A DNA stretch of 64,000 nucleotides from Octopus sinensis (Eukaryota): NCBI RefSeq assembly GCF_006345805.1, contig NC_043001.1, positions 76,508,001 through 76,572,000 of the forward strand. Direction: 5' to 3'. Shown in pieces: positions 14,257 to 25,687 of the stretch (the stretch's first letter is position 1; the number at the start of each line of letters is the position of its first letter). Made by a program: the position numbers and the translations under genes. A model generated the notes under the pieces. It had not been told where the DNA came from and made no database searches. It saw nothing but the letters and a program-made list of their open reading frames with translations.

Positions 14257-14451
14257 GGGGATGCGTTGGATTCAGGGTCTTAGAAGTAAAAGAGCCCAAG
14301 TTATACTTATCCATAAAGCTACGTTCGACGATTGTTAATTTACCTCTCCCCATTTGGATGGTTCTTCCAAGATATGTGTGAGTGTGTGTGTCTGTGTGTG
14401 TGCATGTGTGTGTGTATGTGTGTGTATGTATGTGTATGTGTGTGTGTGTAC

Positions 14452-14524
<73 letters not shown>

Positions 14525-14547
14525 TGTATATCTGTAACATATGTATA

Positions 14548-15845
14548 CGAGGGTCAGCTGAAAAGTTCATAGGCTGACCAAGATACTCTTATGAAATGTT
14601 ACCAAATGAGGCTTATTTTTCAATATAGTCCCCCTTGAGCTCCCTGCACTACTTCCAATGGTGTTGCAGTGCTTGGATCCCATTGATGAAGAAATTTTCA
14701 TCCTGAGGGTAAAAAGAAAGTTATCAACAGTAGTCATTGAAACCAACGATTTGTGTACTGGAGCATTGTCTTGATGAAACATGATCCCTTTCGTCAGTTT
14801 TCCTAGGCATTTAGTCTTGACAGCCTTTCGTAACTGCCTCAACAAGTTGGCATCGTACTCTCCATTGATGGTGTGGCCTTTTTCAAGTTATTCAATAAAC
14901 GCAATGTTTTTTGCATCCCAAAAAACTGAGGCCATCACCTTCTCTGAATATGAAACGACCCTAGCCTACTTTAGAACAGGTGAGGAAGGATGCCTCCACT
15001 GCATAGATTGTCTGTTTGTCTCTGGCTCAAACTGATGAAGCCAACACTCAGCCTGGGTTAGGAAACGTCCGAGGAAACCAGCTGGATCTGCCTGAAACAA
15101 TGTCAGATTTTCCCATGATGTGATCAAGTGTCAGAAGACGTGGCACTGTTATATCGCAATACTACACAGTGGTTGTGTGAGCTACGAAATCCTCGTCGCC
15201 ACTGTTATGTCGCACATTCGGATGCCTTCTACTCAACTCTACTCTCATCGCTACTCTACTGTGCTCTGTGCTCTCACCGCTACTCTGCTTCTACTCTCCG
15301 ACGCCTAGGCTTCTCCTACTATATCTACGTATTGGGCTAGCCTACTTCATCGTCTGGGGCGTCACACAACAGGCACCCACTGAGATAAACCTTCGTCATG
15401 TCAAGCTCATTGAGCAGAATATTCTCAACTCTCTCATAGGATATACTAACAGCATTGGATATTTTATCTATAGTCAATTGCCTCTCATTGATCACCATGG
15501 GATGAACACAATCAATGTTTTCCTCGGTGGTGACAGTTGCAGAACGTCCAAGACTCTCCCATTTTCTCTTAAATTCAAGTGCCTCCTTTTGCACTGTTGG
15601 TAATCCTGGAGTGTCATCCCTTAATGTAACAACCTTGTCAGTATAAATGTCGTTGGGGGCTGAACCCTTTTCCGACAGGTACTTGATAACATGACGATGC
15701 CAATTTCTGTCCATTTTCAAGAGTCGTTAATAGTTTCTTTTGAGGTGTTCTTTAAACTGTCAGATGTCAGTTTAGCTGGCAAGAAACAATGCAGTTATTC
15801 ATAAGAACTGTTGAAATTAATGCATGCAAGATTTCATAGCTCTAG
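14548..15845 (-). mobile_element. Decayed mariner (CGAGGG-type TIR); one TIR retained; interrupted by a solo LTR
   Basis: TA|CGAGGGTCAGCTGAAAAGTTCATAGG; fragments MKMDRNWHRHVIKYL, WVP/RLLT, SMQWRH, VMASVFWD, HQDNAPVH; YSPDLAP region deleted; second TIR not found. Confidence 0.9.
15147..15371. mobile_element. Solo LTR, 225 bp
   Basis: TGTT...AACA termini; perfect 5-bp TSD GGCAC at 15142-46 and 15372-76; removal restores the mariner WVPRLL motif. Confidence 0.85.
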
Positions 15846-15847
15846 TA

Positions 15848-15968
15848 TCATGGTTCCGGGTTCAGTCCCGCTGCGTGGCACCTTGGCCAAGTGTCTTCTA
15901 CAATAGCCTCGGGCCGACCAAAGCCTTATGAGTGGATTAGGTAGATGGAAACTGAAAGAAGCCCGTCG

Positions 15969-16021
<53 letters not shown>

Positions 16022-16205
16022 TTGACAACCGATGTTGGTGTGTTCACGTCACCGTAACATAGCAGTTCGGCAAAAGAGACCGATAGAATAGGTACTAAGC
16101 TTACAAAGAATAAGTCCTGAGGTCGATTTGTTCGACTAAAGGCGGTGCTCCACCATGGCCGCAGTAAAATCACTGAAACAAATAAAACAAAAGAATAAAA
16201 GAATA
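15848..16205 (+). mobile_element. SINE family B, 5'-clipped
   Basis: B box GGGTTCAGTCCC, CORE-like CACCTTGGCCAAGTGTCTT, internal (TA)(TG) tract, tail GGCGGTGCTCCACCATGGCCGCAG. Confidence 0.9.
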
Positions 16206-16715
16206 TATAGACATATATGTATGTATGTGTATGCATATACACGTATTACATATATGCATATGCACACACGCGTATATATGCATACATATATGTATATACT
16301 TATATAACTGTTCATATACGTATACATTTATGTATATATATCTATAATTATGTATATAATAATGTTCACAGATACTCTTTAACAAATCAATTATTCCTTC
16401 TCTATCAGAACCAGTAAGTTGAGTAATAGTCAAGCAGTTCACTGATCTCTACTGTATCTGACGTACACCTGACCAGAGTTGACTGGACAGGTGACAAGCT
16501 TATGACGAAAGTCTATAACATCAATAGCTAACTAAAATAGGAAATAACTGCGTCATAATTAACAGTGCAGCGATTTCTATTGGATAATTATCAAAAGAAT
16601 GACATTGGCAACGCCGTCTGAAGTGTTTGTTGTTAAAAGTTTGAGATGAACTTCAAACGAAATTCTATCTCTATAAATAACACTTTCTACTGTATATATA
16701 AGAATATAACACTTT

Positions 16716-16868
16716 CTGGTTTGTTTGCTTGTTTGTTAGTTTATTTGTTTGTTTGCTTGTTTGTTAGTTTATTTGTTTGTTTGTTTGTATGTTTGTATGT
16801 ATGTATGTATGTATGTATGTATGTATGTATGTATGTATGTATGTATGTATGTATGTATGTATGTATGT
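16716..16868. repeat. (TTTG)n grading into (TATG)n
   Basis: Direct reading; abuts the 3' end of the R4/Dong element. Confidence 0.95.
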
Positions 16869-19404
16869 CTCTTCTACTTTTTGATTATCATAAATTTTCC
16901 ACTTAAGAAGGAGCCGGTTTCCAACAAAGATACAAGGTTCCATCTCTGGGATGTAGTTAACACAGACAAACTCACATTTGGAACTTAAGAAAAGTCTTGC
17001 ATATTTTTACTGTTTCACTCAGCTTATACTTGAAATGTACGAATCAACCGGTCTATTTCTCTTTCTGAAAACCCCCAGCTTTTCCAGATTCTCCTTTAAG
17101 CATTTACTAACAAAACCTAGTGCTCCAATTATTATTGATACCAGGGGCGGACTGAGCCGTCGGTCAATCGGACACTGCCCAAAGGGACGGAGCTCTGAGA
17201 GGCTCGCACTCTACATGTAAACTCTACTAAAACACACATTCTACGGGGCCCGGTAAATAGTTATGCTCGAGGGCCCTTAATACTCTCAGTCCGTCCCTAA
17301 TTGGTATGAATATGAATTCACAGTCTGGATGCAGAAGCTGAACGTTTCGAAGCAGTTCTGGATAGAGAAGCTGGAGCTTTCGAAGCAGGTGTTTCCGAAG
17401 TAGTTTTTCTTTGATTTTCAAAGAGATATTTATATCTGCAGGGCAGCTGACCTCTATGATGGTACATACCTTTGCTCCGCTGTCCCAAACAACAATATCC
17501 GGCCTGTTATGCTTACATCTGACAGAAGTTTTGATGGAAATATTCCACCAGTATTCCTTGAGTTGATGTTTATGAATGTATTCCATAACAGAGGGATTTT
17601 CAGTTTATTTCAGGGCAGTCTTTTTTGTAGATGGTATTGTAAACTGTTTTAGCAACAACATCGTGCCGCATAAGGAGGTAGTACCGTGACGACATTTTAG
17701 GACAGCTGCTAATCACATGCGTGATATCTTCCACAGAAACATGACATAGCCTACGCATGCGGTTGCAGCTTGAGATTACAAGAGCGTCACTGTCTCGCTT
17801 GTTCACGAGGTACTTTGTGGCAATCTCCTGTACCTGGATTTTAAACGCATAGCCTTCAAAGTGTAATGTGATGTAGTGGTCTTGTGCCCAAGAGAGGCTG
17901 CGTTTCGTGTCAGTTCTACTGTCTTCTTCAAGCTTCCGGGAAACATACCCATGCATAGTCTTTTTTTGTATGCTGAGTGCTTTCCATCCAAGTCTTCTCT
18001 GAGGTGAGAGAGCCCAGCTGTTTTGGGGCTGTACAGGAGATCATCAGGTAGAGAGTGTTTCTTGAGGATCTCACTGCCAACTAGTACAATGTTGCTCACT
18101 TCACTTTTCAGCACTACATTTATATATTTATTTTTGTTGCAGTCGTTTAGCAGGAGTTGCCTTAGTGACACCATACGGCATTCAAAGCCCGTCTGCACTG
18201 ATCTCAGGCCTATACCACCTTCATTTCTTTTTAGGTAGACCCTGTCAACATCACTGTTGCTGTGGAAGTTCCCAGCTGTTGTCAGGATTTTGCAGGTTTT
18301 GATATCTATGGAGTGGATTTCCTCTACAGACCAATCAGGTATCCCAAATGTTGGGATCAACACTGGTACTGTAAATGCATTGTGGAATATTGTTTTGTTG
18401 TAAGGGGAGAGTTCCGACTGCCATATTTTCCTAAGTCTGGTGTAATATTCTCGGGTCTCTCTATCTTTATTAACAGTGCCTTCATATGATACATTTTCGT
18501 CTATGCCCAGGTACTTATAACATTCTTTGTGTGGAATGGGGTAGATAGAGATACCGTTGATGCACAGGTTTTGGGTTTGGGAACTGAGGTTCTGCGATCT
18601 TTAACCAAATATGAACATTGCTTTTGGCCAAATTCCATACCTATATCAGCTGAAAATGTTGCTATAAATTCCAGTTGCTTTTTGGCATTGTTAACACTTT
18701 TAGAATACATCTTGAGGTCGTCTACAAAGAAATTATGAGTTACATTGATATTTCTAGCAGTTGAAGGTCCTAGCATGTAACCATTTATTTTCTGCAGTAA
18801 GAACGATAATGGATTCAGTGCCAAAATGAAAAGAAGAACAGTAAGACTATCTCCCTGGAATATTCCCTTTGAAATGCCTATACTATCAGAAACAATTATT
18901 CTCTTCTCAGTTGTAAGGGTAAGAACTGTTGTCCATGTCTTTGTGAGTTTCTCTATAACAGCAATTAAAGCAGTAGGTACTTTTGCCAGATGAAGGCACT
19001 TCAACAGCCATGAATGAAGGATAAATTCGAACGCCTTTCTATAGTCAAGCCATACTGTCACAAGGTTTCTACGTAGTTTTCTTACTTCAGATAGTACAAC
19101 TTTGTTTATCAAATGTTGTTCGGCACATCCCCATATTCCCTCGTTTCCACCAGCCTGTTCATCAGTCATAATGTTGTTCGACTCACATATCCTTCAAAGT
19201 GTAATGTGATGTAGTGATCGTGTGTCCAAGAGAGGCTGCACTTCGTATCAATTCTACTATCTTCTTCAAGCTTTCGGGCAACATACCCATACATAGTCTT
19301 TTTTGTTTTTTTACATTCTGAGTGCTTTCCATCCAGGTCTTCTCTGAGGTAGGAGAGCCCAGCTGTTCTGGGGCTGTACAGGAGATCATCAGGAAGAGAG
19401 TGCT
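16869..19404 (-). mobile_element. R4/Dong-clade RLE non-LTR retrotransposon, 5'-truncated and frameshifted (ACAT lineage)
   Basis: RT motifs EQAGG..GCAEQHLIN, WLDYRKAF, GIFQGDSL, FFVDDLKMY; RVYLKRNEGGIGL; CCHC finger RRLCHVSVEDITHVISSC..RHDVVAK; RLE NRPDIVVW..IIEVSCP; C-terminus [13 protein letters not shown]; then 3' UTR. Confidence 0.93.
17142..17299. mobile_element. hAT-type MITE (158 bp) nested in the LINE RLE domain
   Basis: TIR CAGGGGCGGACTGAG / CTCAGTCCGTCCCTA; 8-bp TSD ATTGATAC/ATTGGTAT; excision restores FIFIPIIIGALG. Confidence 0.85.
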
Positions 19405-19466
19405 TATGTATGTATGTATGTATGTATGTATGTATGTATTGTATGTATGTATGTATGTATGTATGT

Positions 19467-19746
19467 TATTTCAAGATTTATAACCAATAGAGAAAGAGCC
19501 GGTTTCTAACATAGATTCAAGTTTCCTTCATTGGAATTTCAACATCAACAACAGAGTAATTTGTTTGTATGTATGTATATGTACAGATCTGTATGTTTTG
19601 TTTTATGTATGTATTTTCATGCATATGGATGCCTATCTAGACATGCTCATATGTATTTAAATGATAAACTTTTGGAAGGTTTTACAGATTTTTACAGTTC
19701 CAGTGATGGATTGGATCTGTAGTCTTCGAATTAGCTTACTCCTTTC
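19467..19746 (-). mobile_element. 280-bp 5'-truncated R4/Dong copy (ACAT lineage, second subfamily)
   Basis: [26 protein letters not shown] plus 3' UTR motif GAAACCGGCTC; (TATG)n on both sides (19405-466 and 19747-820). Confidence 0.85.
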
Positions 19747-19844
19747 TGTATGTATGTATGTATGTATGTATGTATGTATGTATGTATGTATGTATGTATG
19801 TATGTATGTATGTATGTATTTGTATACATATATATGAATATATA

Positions 19845-19884
<40 letters not shown>

Positions 19885-19896
19885 TATATGTATATA

Positions 19897-20460
19897 TTGG
19901 GTTGTCCGGAAAGTTTGTGCCGATTTATAGTCGCTTATCTTTCGACTTATTTTAGAAGATGTTTGAGTCCACAAAATAGGATTTGATTACACCTCCATTT
20001 AGAGCACAGTTTAAGCTATCTTTTCGTGGAAGAAAGTTTATGTTCCTATAACCTGTGTTAATTCTGTAACCCTTTAAATTGGTAGATTAGAAAGTTCATT
20101 TTCGGCACTTGATGCTTTGGGAACCAGACAAAAATTGCTGCAGTTCAGCTGGGATGTGTTACCCCACCCTCCATATTCACCAGATATTGCTCCTTCGGAT
20201 TTCCACTTATTCAGGTCTCTGCAGAATAGTCTTAATGGTAAAAAATTTAATTCCGTGGATGACGTAAAAAGATACCTTGATGAATTATTTGCCATGAAAC
20301 CAACTTAATTCTGGGAAGAGGGTATTTTCAAGTTAAAGGAAAGATGGGGATGCATTGTGCAACAAAATGGTTCATATTTGGTTGATTAAAAATGTAATGG
20401 CAAGTATTTATTGACCTTTTCTTTCCTTTAAAATTCGGCACGAACTTTCCAGTCAACCCA
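19897..20460 (+). mobile_element. Internally deleted mariner, 564 bp, inside (TA)n
   Basis: TIRs TTGGGTTGTCCGGAAAGTTTGTGCCGATTT and AAATTCGGCACGAACTTTCCAGTCAACCCA; retains the C-terminal PHPPYSPDIAPSDFHLF..W. Confidence 0.9.
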
Positions 20461-20470
20461 TATATATATA

Positions 20471-20537
<67 letters not shown>

Positions 20538-21056
20538 TATATGTATGTATGTATATATGTATATGTATGTATGTATATTATTAGTTAAATTCAATAGAGC
20601 TTGTTTTGTTTTCGAAAGAATAGAATATAAAAGCTTTCACTTCTATACTAATAACTATGGAAGACTGGTGGGAATATTATCTGTATGGACTTGAAGGGCT
20701 AGGCTGCTATGTAGTTAGATAATTTAGTAGTTAGTCATAGGTTTACTTACAGAATTTTTAATTTACCAACTCTGTGTTTGTACATAAGTTAGATGTGGTT
20801 CCTTTGCTGTAGTTTAATTGATAATGATAGTGCTTAATTCTTCCTAGAATTAAGATTGAATGAATGTGATGATATCTAAGGTATATTTGTTCCCAAACAA
20901 CACTTATTTTAGTCCTGTTGACACCGCCGGATTGAATGGTACTGCCCAGGTGTCAAAACCATAGTGATATCCGTGGGGCAGCTGATGATGGAGAAGTGTT
21001 GGATTGTTGGCATGGCTGTTATTGTATGTGCGGAATAGTTTTATAAGACATTCATT

Positions 21057-21111
<55 letters not shown>

Positions 21112-21113
<2 letters not shown>

Positions 21114-21880
21114 TATGTTATGTTTATGTTTTCCAGTTTCAGCTCTTGAGCTGTGGCCATGCTGGGGCACCGCCATTTGGTGTTGCTACATGATTTTACC
21201 TCACGAATGCTTTTTAGCAACTGCCATTTGGTGCATGAGAGAGTTTGATGCAGCTGCCCTCATCTGCACCTTCTGCCGTGAAGTTGGTTCATCCTGGACA
21301 CCTGACAGGAAGAGATCCAGTCCTACTTTAAAGACATCCGCATCCACCCCATGCATTCGGGAGGATATTGAAGAGCTGTGGGCCTCTGAAGCTCAGGCTA
21401 TCACAGTATCTTGTCCTACATCTTGATGGCAAATTTGGAGTCCTTGGCACCACGCAGTGGCGCCCAGTTCTGGCATTTGTGTAACTCTCGATGCCAAAGT
21501 TTGGGACAATTCCTTCCAGGATCTTCCAGATGTATATTATGGCATATCTTTCTCGCCTACGCTCCAAGGAATAGAGTTTTAATCTCTTGAGTCTTTCCCA
21601 GTATCTTATATGCTGCACAGAGGCTATCTTCTTCGTGTAGCTTCGTTGGATCGCCTCAAGTTCTGTGATCAACTTGACACTGGATGGTGACCATAGCTGA
21701 GAGCAATAGTCAAAGTGGCTTAGGACAAGTGTCTTCCAGAGGACCATCATGGTTTCTTGTTCTCTTGTTCTAAAGGTTCTAAGAATCCATCCCGCCAGCC
21801 GTCTACATTTCATTGCCAGTTTAGCAACATGTACATGAAAGGTTGCGTCATCGCTCATGTAAATACCCAGGTCACGCACT
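21112..21880 (-). mobile_element. CR1-clade LINE 3' fragment with intact 3' tail
   Basis: VRDLGIY..ILRTFRTRE..LSHFDYCSQLWSP..LEAIQRSYT..LKLYSLERRRERY; tail GGCGGTGCCCCAGCATGGCCACAGCTCAAGAGCTGAAAC. Confidence 0.92.
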
Positions 21881-21914
21881 ATATATATGTCATGTATATA
21901 TATATATATACATA

Positions 21915-22171
21915 TTCTTTTATGTGTTTCTGTCATTTGACTGCGGCCATGCTGGAGCATCGCCTTTAGTCGAACAAATCGCTCCCAGGACTTATTCTTT
22001 GTAAGCCTAGTACTTATTCTATTCGGTTTCTTTTACCGAACCGCTAAGTTACGGGGAAGTGACACACCAGCATCGGTAGTCAAGTGATGTTGGGGAGACA
22101 AACACACACACACACACACACACAAATACACCACACACACACACACACACAATACCACACACACACACACA

Positions 22172-22219
<48 letters not shown>

Positions 22220-22292
22220 ACGCACACACACACGCAGTGGGACTGAACCCGGAACCATGTGGTTGGTAAGCCAGCTACTTACCACACAGCCA
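21915..22292 (-). mobile_element. SINE family B with internal (CA)n and a partial deletion
   Basis: Tail at 21915-21965; head ..GGACTGAACCCGGAACCATGTGG..CCACACAGCC. Confidence 0.88.
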
Positions 22293-22527
22293 CACACACA
22301 TTCTTCGGACATATATCTGCATCTGACTCCAAGATAAACAATAACTTGTGAAAAAAAGCGCACACTATGCAGACGTTGGGTATGCTAGTAATAGCAGTAA
22401 AACTCCCAAACTTCATACATCAATACCACAGTAACAACAAATACAGAAGTATATTCTTTATCCAAATAGATTTCGTCTAACCTACACACATAGCCTTGTC
22501 TAAACATATATATTCTTTTTTACTCAA

Positions 22528-24214
22528 TGTACAAAGCCCGAAATTTTGGGGGAGGGGGCCAGTCGATTAGATTGACTCAAGTACGCAGCTGGTACTTAAT
22601 TTATCAACCCCAAAAGGATGAAAGGCAAAATCGACCTCGGCAGAATTTGAACTCAGAACGTAAAGACAGACGAAATACCGCTAAGCATTTCGCCCGGTGT
22701 GCTAACGTTTCTTATTTCTTTACTGCCCACAAGGGGCTACACACAGAGGGGACAAACAAGGACAGACAAACGGATTAAGTCGATTATATCAACCCCAGTG
22801 CGTAACTGGTATTTATTTAAACGACCCCAAAAGGATGAAAGGCAAAGTCGACCTCGGCGGAATTTGAACTCACAACGTAACGGCAGACAAAATACCTATT
22901 TCTTTACTATCCACAAGGGGCTAAACACAGAGAGGACAAACAAGGACAGACAAAGAGATGAAGTCGATTACATCGACCCCAGTGCGTAACTGGTACTTAA
23001 TTTATCGACCCCGAAAGGATGAAAGGCAAAGTCGACCTCGGCGGAATTTGAACTCAGAACGTAACGGCAGACGAAATACCGCTAAGCATTTCGCCCGGCG
23101 TGCTAACGTATCTATCAGCTAACCGCCTTTCTAAACATGTATATTATATAGTCCCTGACCAGCAAGAAACAGTAGGCACATCTCCGGTAAAGCTCACTCT
23201 TCGGTCTGACATGAAGGAACATATATGGAACTAGAAATACTGTGCCTGCAGAAGAGTGGGGTGGTCAGAAATGGAACGTCTATGGTCATATATTTGCTAC
23301 ATCAGTGATTACCTGATGCTATAAACAACAATAATAAGCCTTTCTGCTATTGGCACAAAGCCAGAAATTTTGGGGGTGGGGCTAGTTGACTATATCGAAG
23401 TCTGTGCTTGACAAGTGCTTATTTCATGGACCCCGGAAGAATGAAAGGCAAAGTCAGCCTCGGCGGAATTGGAACTCAGAACGTAAAGACAGACGAAACA
23501 ACAACAACAACAACAACAACAATAATAATAATAATAATAATAATAATAATTCTCTCAACTATAGGTGCAAAGTCTGAATTTTTTTGGTGATGGGACTAAT
23601 CGATTACATCGATCCCAGTGATTAACTGGTACTTATTTTACCGACGCCGAAAGGATGAAAGGCAAAAGCAACGTCGGCGGATTTTGAACTCAGAACGTAA
23701 GTACGAAAGAAATGTCGCTAAGAATTTTGCCCCTACATGTAATCGATTTTGTCAGTTCACCGCCTTGCAAATACTAATAATATTGTTTTCAGATTTTGGA
23801 AGAAGTCCAGCACGTTCTGGGAAGGGGTTAACTCGATTATTTCGACCCAAGTGTTCAAATGGTGCTTTTTTTTTTTTTTACCCTAGAAGGTTGAAATCGA
23901 CCTCGGCGGATTTTGAACATGGAACGTAATGCCGGAAGAAATGACACCAAGCGTTTGATCCAGCGTGCTAGCGATTCTGCTAGCTCGCAGCCTTTGCAAC
24001 AATAATGGCTTCAAATTTTGGCACAAAGCCAGCAATTTTGGGGGAGTGAGTAAGTCAATGACATCGTCCTCAGTGCTCAACTGGTTCTCAATTTATTGAC
24101 CTCGAAAGAATGAAAGGCAAAGTTGACCTCAACGGAATTTGAACTCAGAATGTAAGGACGATACACCGCTAAGTATTTTGCTCGGTCTGCTAAAGATTTT
24201 GCCATCTCGCTGCC

Positions 24215-24215
<1 letters not shown>
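22528..24215 (-). mobile_element. Head-to-tail array of ~7 SINE family A copies with (AAT)n/(AAC)n spacers
   Basis: Core ATCGACCCCGAAAGGATGAAAGGCAAAGTCGACCTCGGCGGAATTTGAACTC repeated. Core resembles the Meta SINE domain (from recall). Two alternative tails are present. Confidence 0.92.
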
Positions 24216-24268
<53 letters not shown>

Positions 24269-24289
24269 TAATAATAATAATAATAATAA

Positions 24290-25396
24290 GTGAATTCCGA
24301 ATACAACAAATTTCGGAATTAGAGATAGACATACAAGAAACAGGCACAGAAAAAGCTAAGCGCATGAAAACCCGTGCCAAATCTGCGGCCTTAGATATTC
24401 TGAATGATAAATGGCAAGAAAAACCTCTCTATGGCAAATACCCAAAGAGAGCAAATAATGCAGATGTTGACAAAGCCCTGACCCATCAATGGCTAATAAC
24501 CTCTGGCTTAAAATCTGAAACAGAGGGGTTTATCATAGCAGCTCAAGATCAATGCCTACCAACAAGAAACTACCAGGCCAACATATTAAAGATCAGAAGC
24601 AGTCCAACGTGTCGTGTATGCCAGCAACAAAATGAAACCATTGACCATGAGGTCTCCAAGTGCAGTCTTCTAGCGCCTACAGATTATCTCAACAGGCACG
24701 ATAGAGCTGCACATAATTCACTGGGTAATCTGCAAAAACCTGGATTTGCCCCATGAAAAAAACTGGTGGGAACACAAACCACCCCCAGTGCTTGAAAATG
24801 ACCACATCTCACTCCTCTGGAACTTCACCATTCAAACTGACAGAAAGATAGATGCAAATAGGCCGACATCATATTGAAGACTTCAAACAAAGAACATGCC
24901 TCCTCATTGATATGACTGTCCCAATCGATATAAACGTATCTGTCAAGACCTACAAAAAACTGAGCAAATATAAAGATCTTGAAATAGAAATAAGCAAAAT
25001 GTGGAACCTGAAGACTAAAACAATACCTGTTGTCATAGGTGCCCTGGGAATGATAGCAAAAGGGGCTGATAGCTACCTAACTCAGATACCAGGAAACCCA
25101 AAAATGGCAGAAATTCAAAAGATAGTGCTCATGGGAACTGCTCATATCCTACGCAAAATACTTTCTATGTAATCTCAAGGTTTAAAACAAACATAATTTT
25201 CGGTTTAAAAAAAAAAAAAATTTATTTATTTTTTTTAATTTTTAGACATTCATTAGTACAACACCAAAAAAACCCCCCCAAATATATGGCACACTAGGCA
25301 TAACAACAACATGAACTTCCAACCTGTTGTCTCTTGAGGTCTCTGGGTGAGACTTGGAGCCAACTTGTACAAATATAAAGCAAAAGTCAAACATAG
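24290..25396 (+). mobile_element. R4/Dong-clade LINE 3' fragment (TAA lineage)
   Basis: GLKSETEGFIIAAQDQ, CRVC..ETIDH..SKC..RHD, LLIDMTVP..KYKDL..PVVIGALG..IQKIVLMGTAHILRKILSM*; (TAA)n on both sides. Confidence 0.93.
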
Positions 25397-25514
25397 AATA
25401 ATAATAATAATAATAACAATAACAACAACAACAGCAACAACAACAGCAACAACAACAACAACAACAACCACACCAACAACAACAACAATAGCAACAATAA
25501 TAATAATAATTGTT

Positions 25515-25676
25515 TTAATTTTTGCCACAAGGCCAGGAGTTTTTCGGGGGAGGGTGCTAGTCAATTACATCGACCCCAGTGTTCAACTGGTACTTAATTT
25601 ATCGACCCCGAAAGGATGAAAAGCAAAGTTGGCCTCGGTGGAATTTGAACTAACGATTCTGCCAGCTCGCCACCTT
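25515..25676 (-). mobile_element. SINE family A
   Basis: Core and head motifs present, with an internal deletion. Confidence 0.85.
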
Positions 25677-25687
25677 TAATAATAATA

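Noticed and set aside
19467-19630. A short SINE-like partner of the ACAT-lineage LINE (also 63313-63466)
   Set aside because: The sequence continues into the LINE C-terminal coding end ([12 protein letters not shown]), so these are 5'-truncated LINE copies.
22528-24215. CRISPR-like repeat array
   Set aside because: The units are ~190-bp SINEs in eukaryotic DNA, with no unique spacers and no cas genes.
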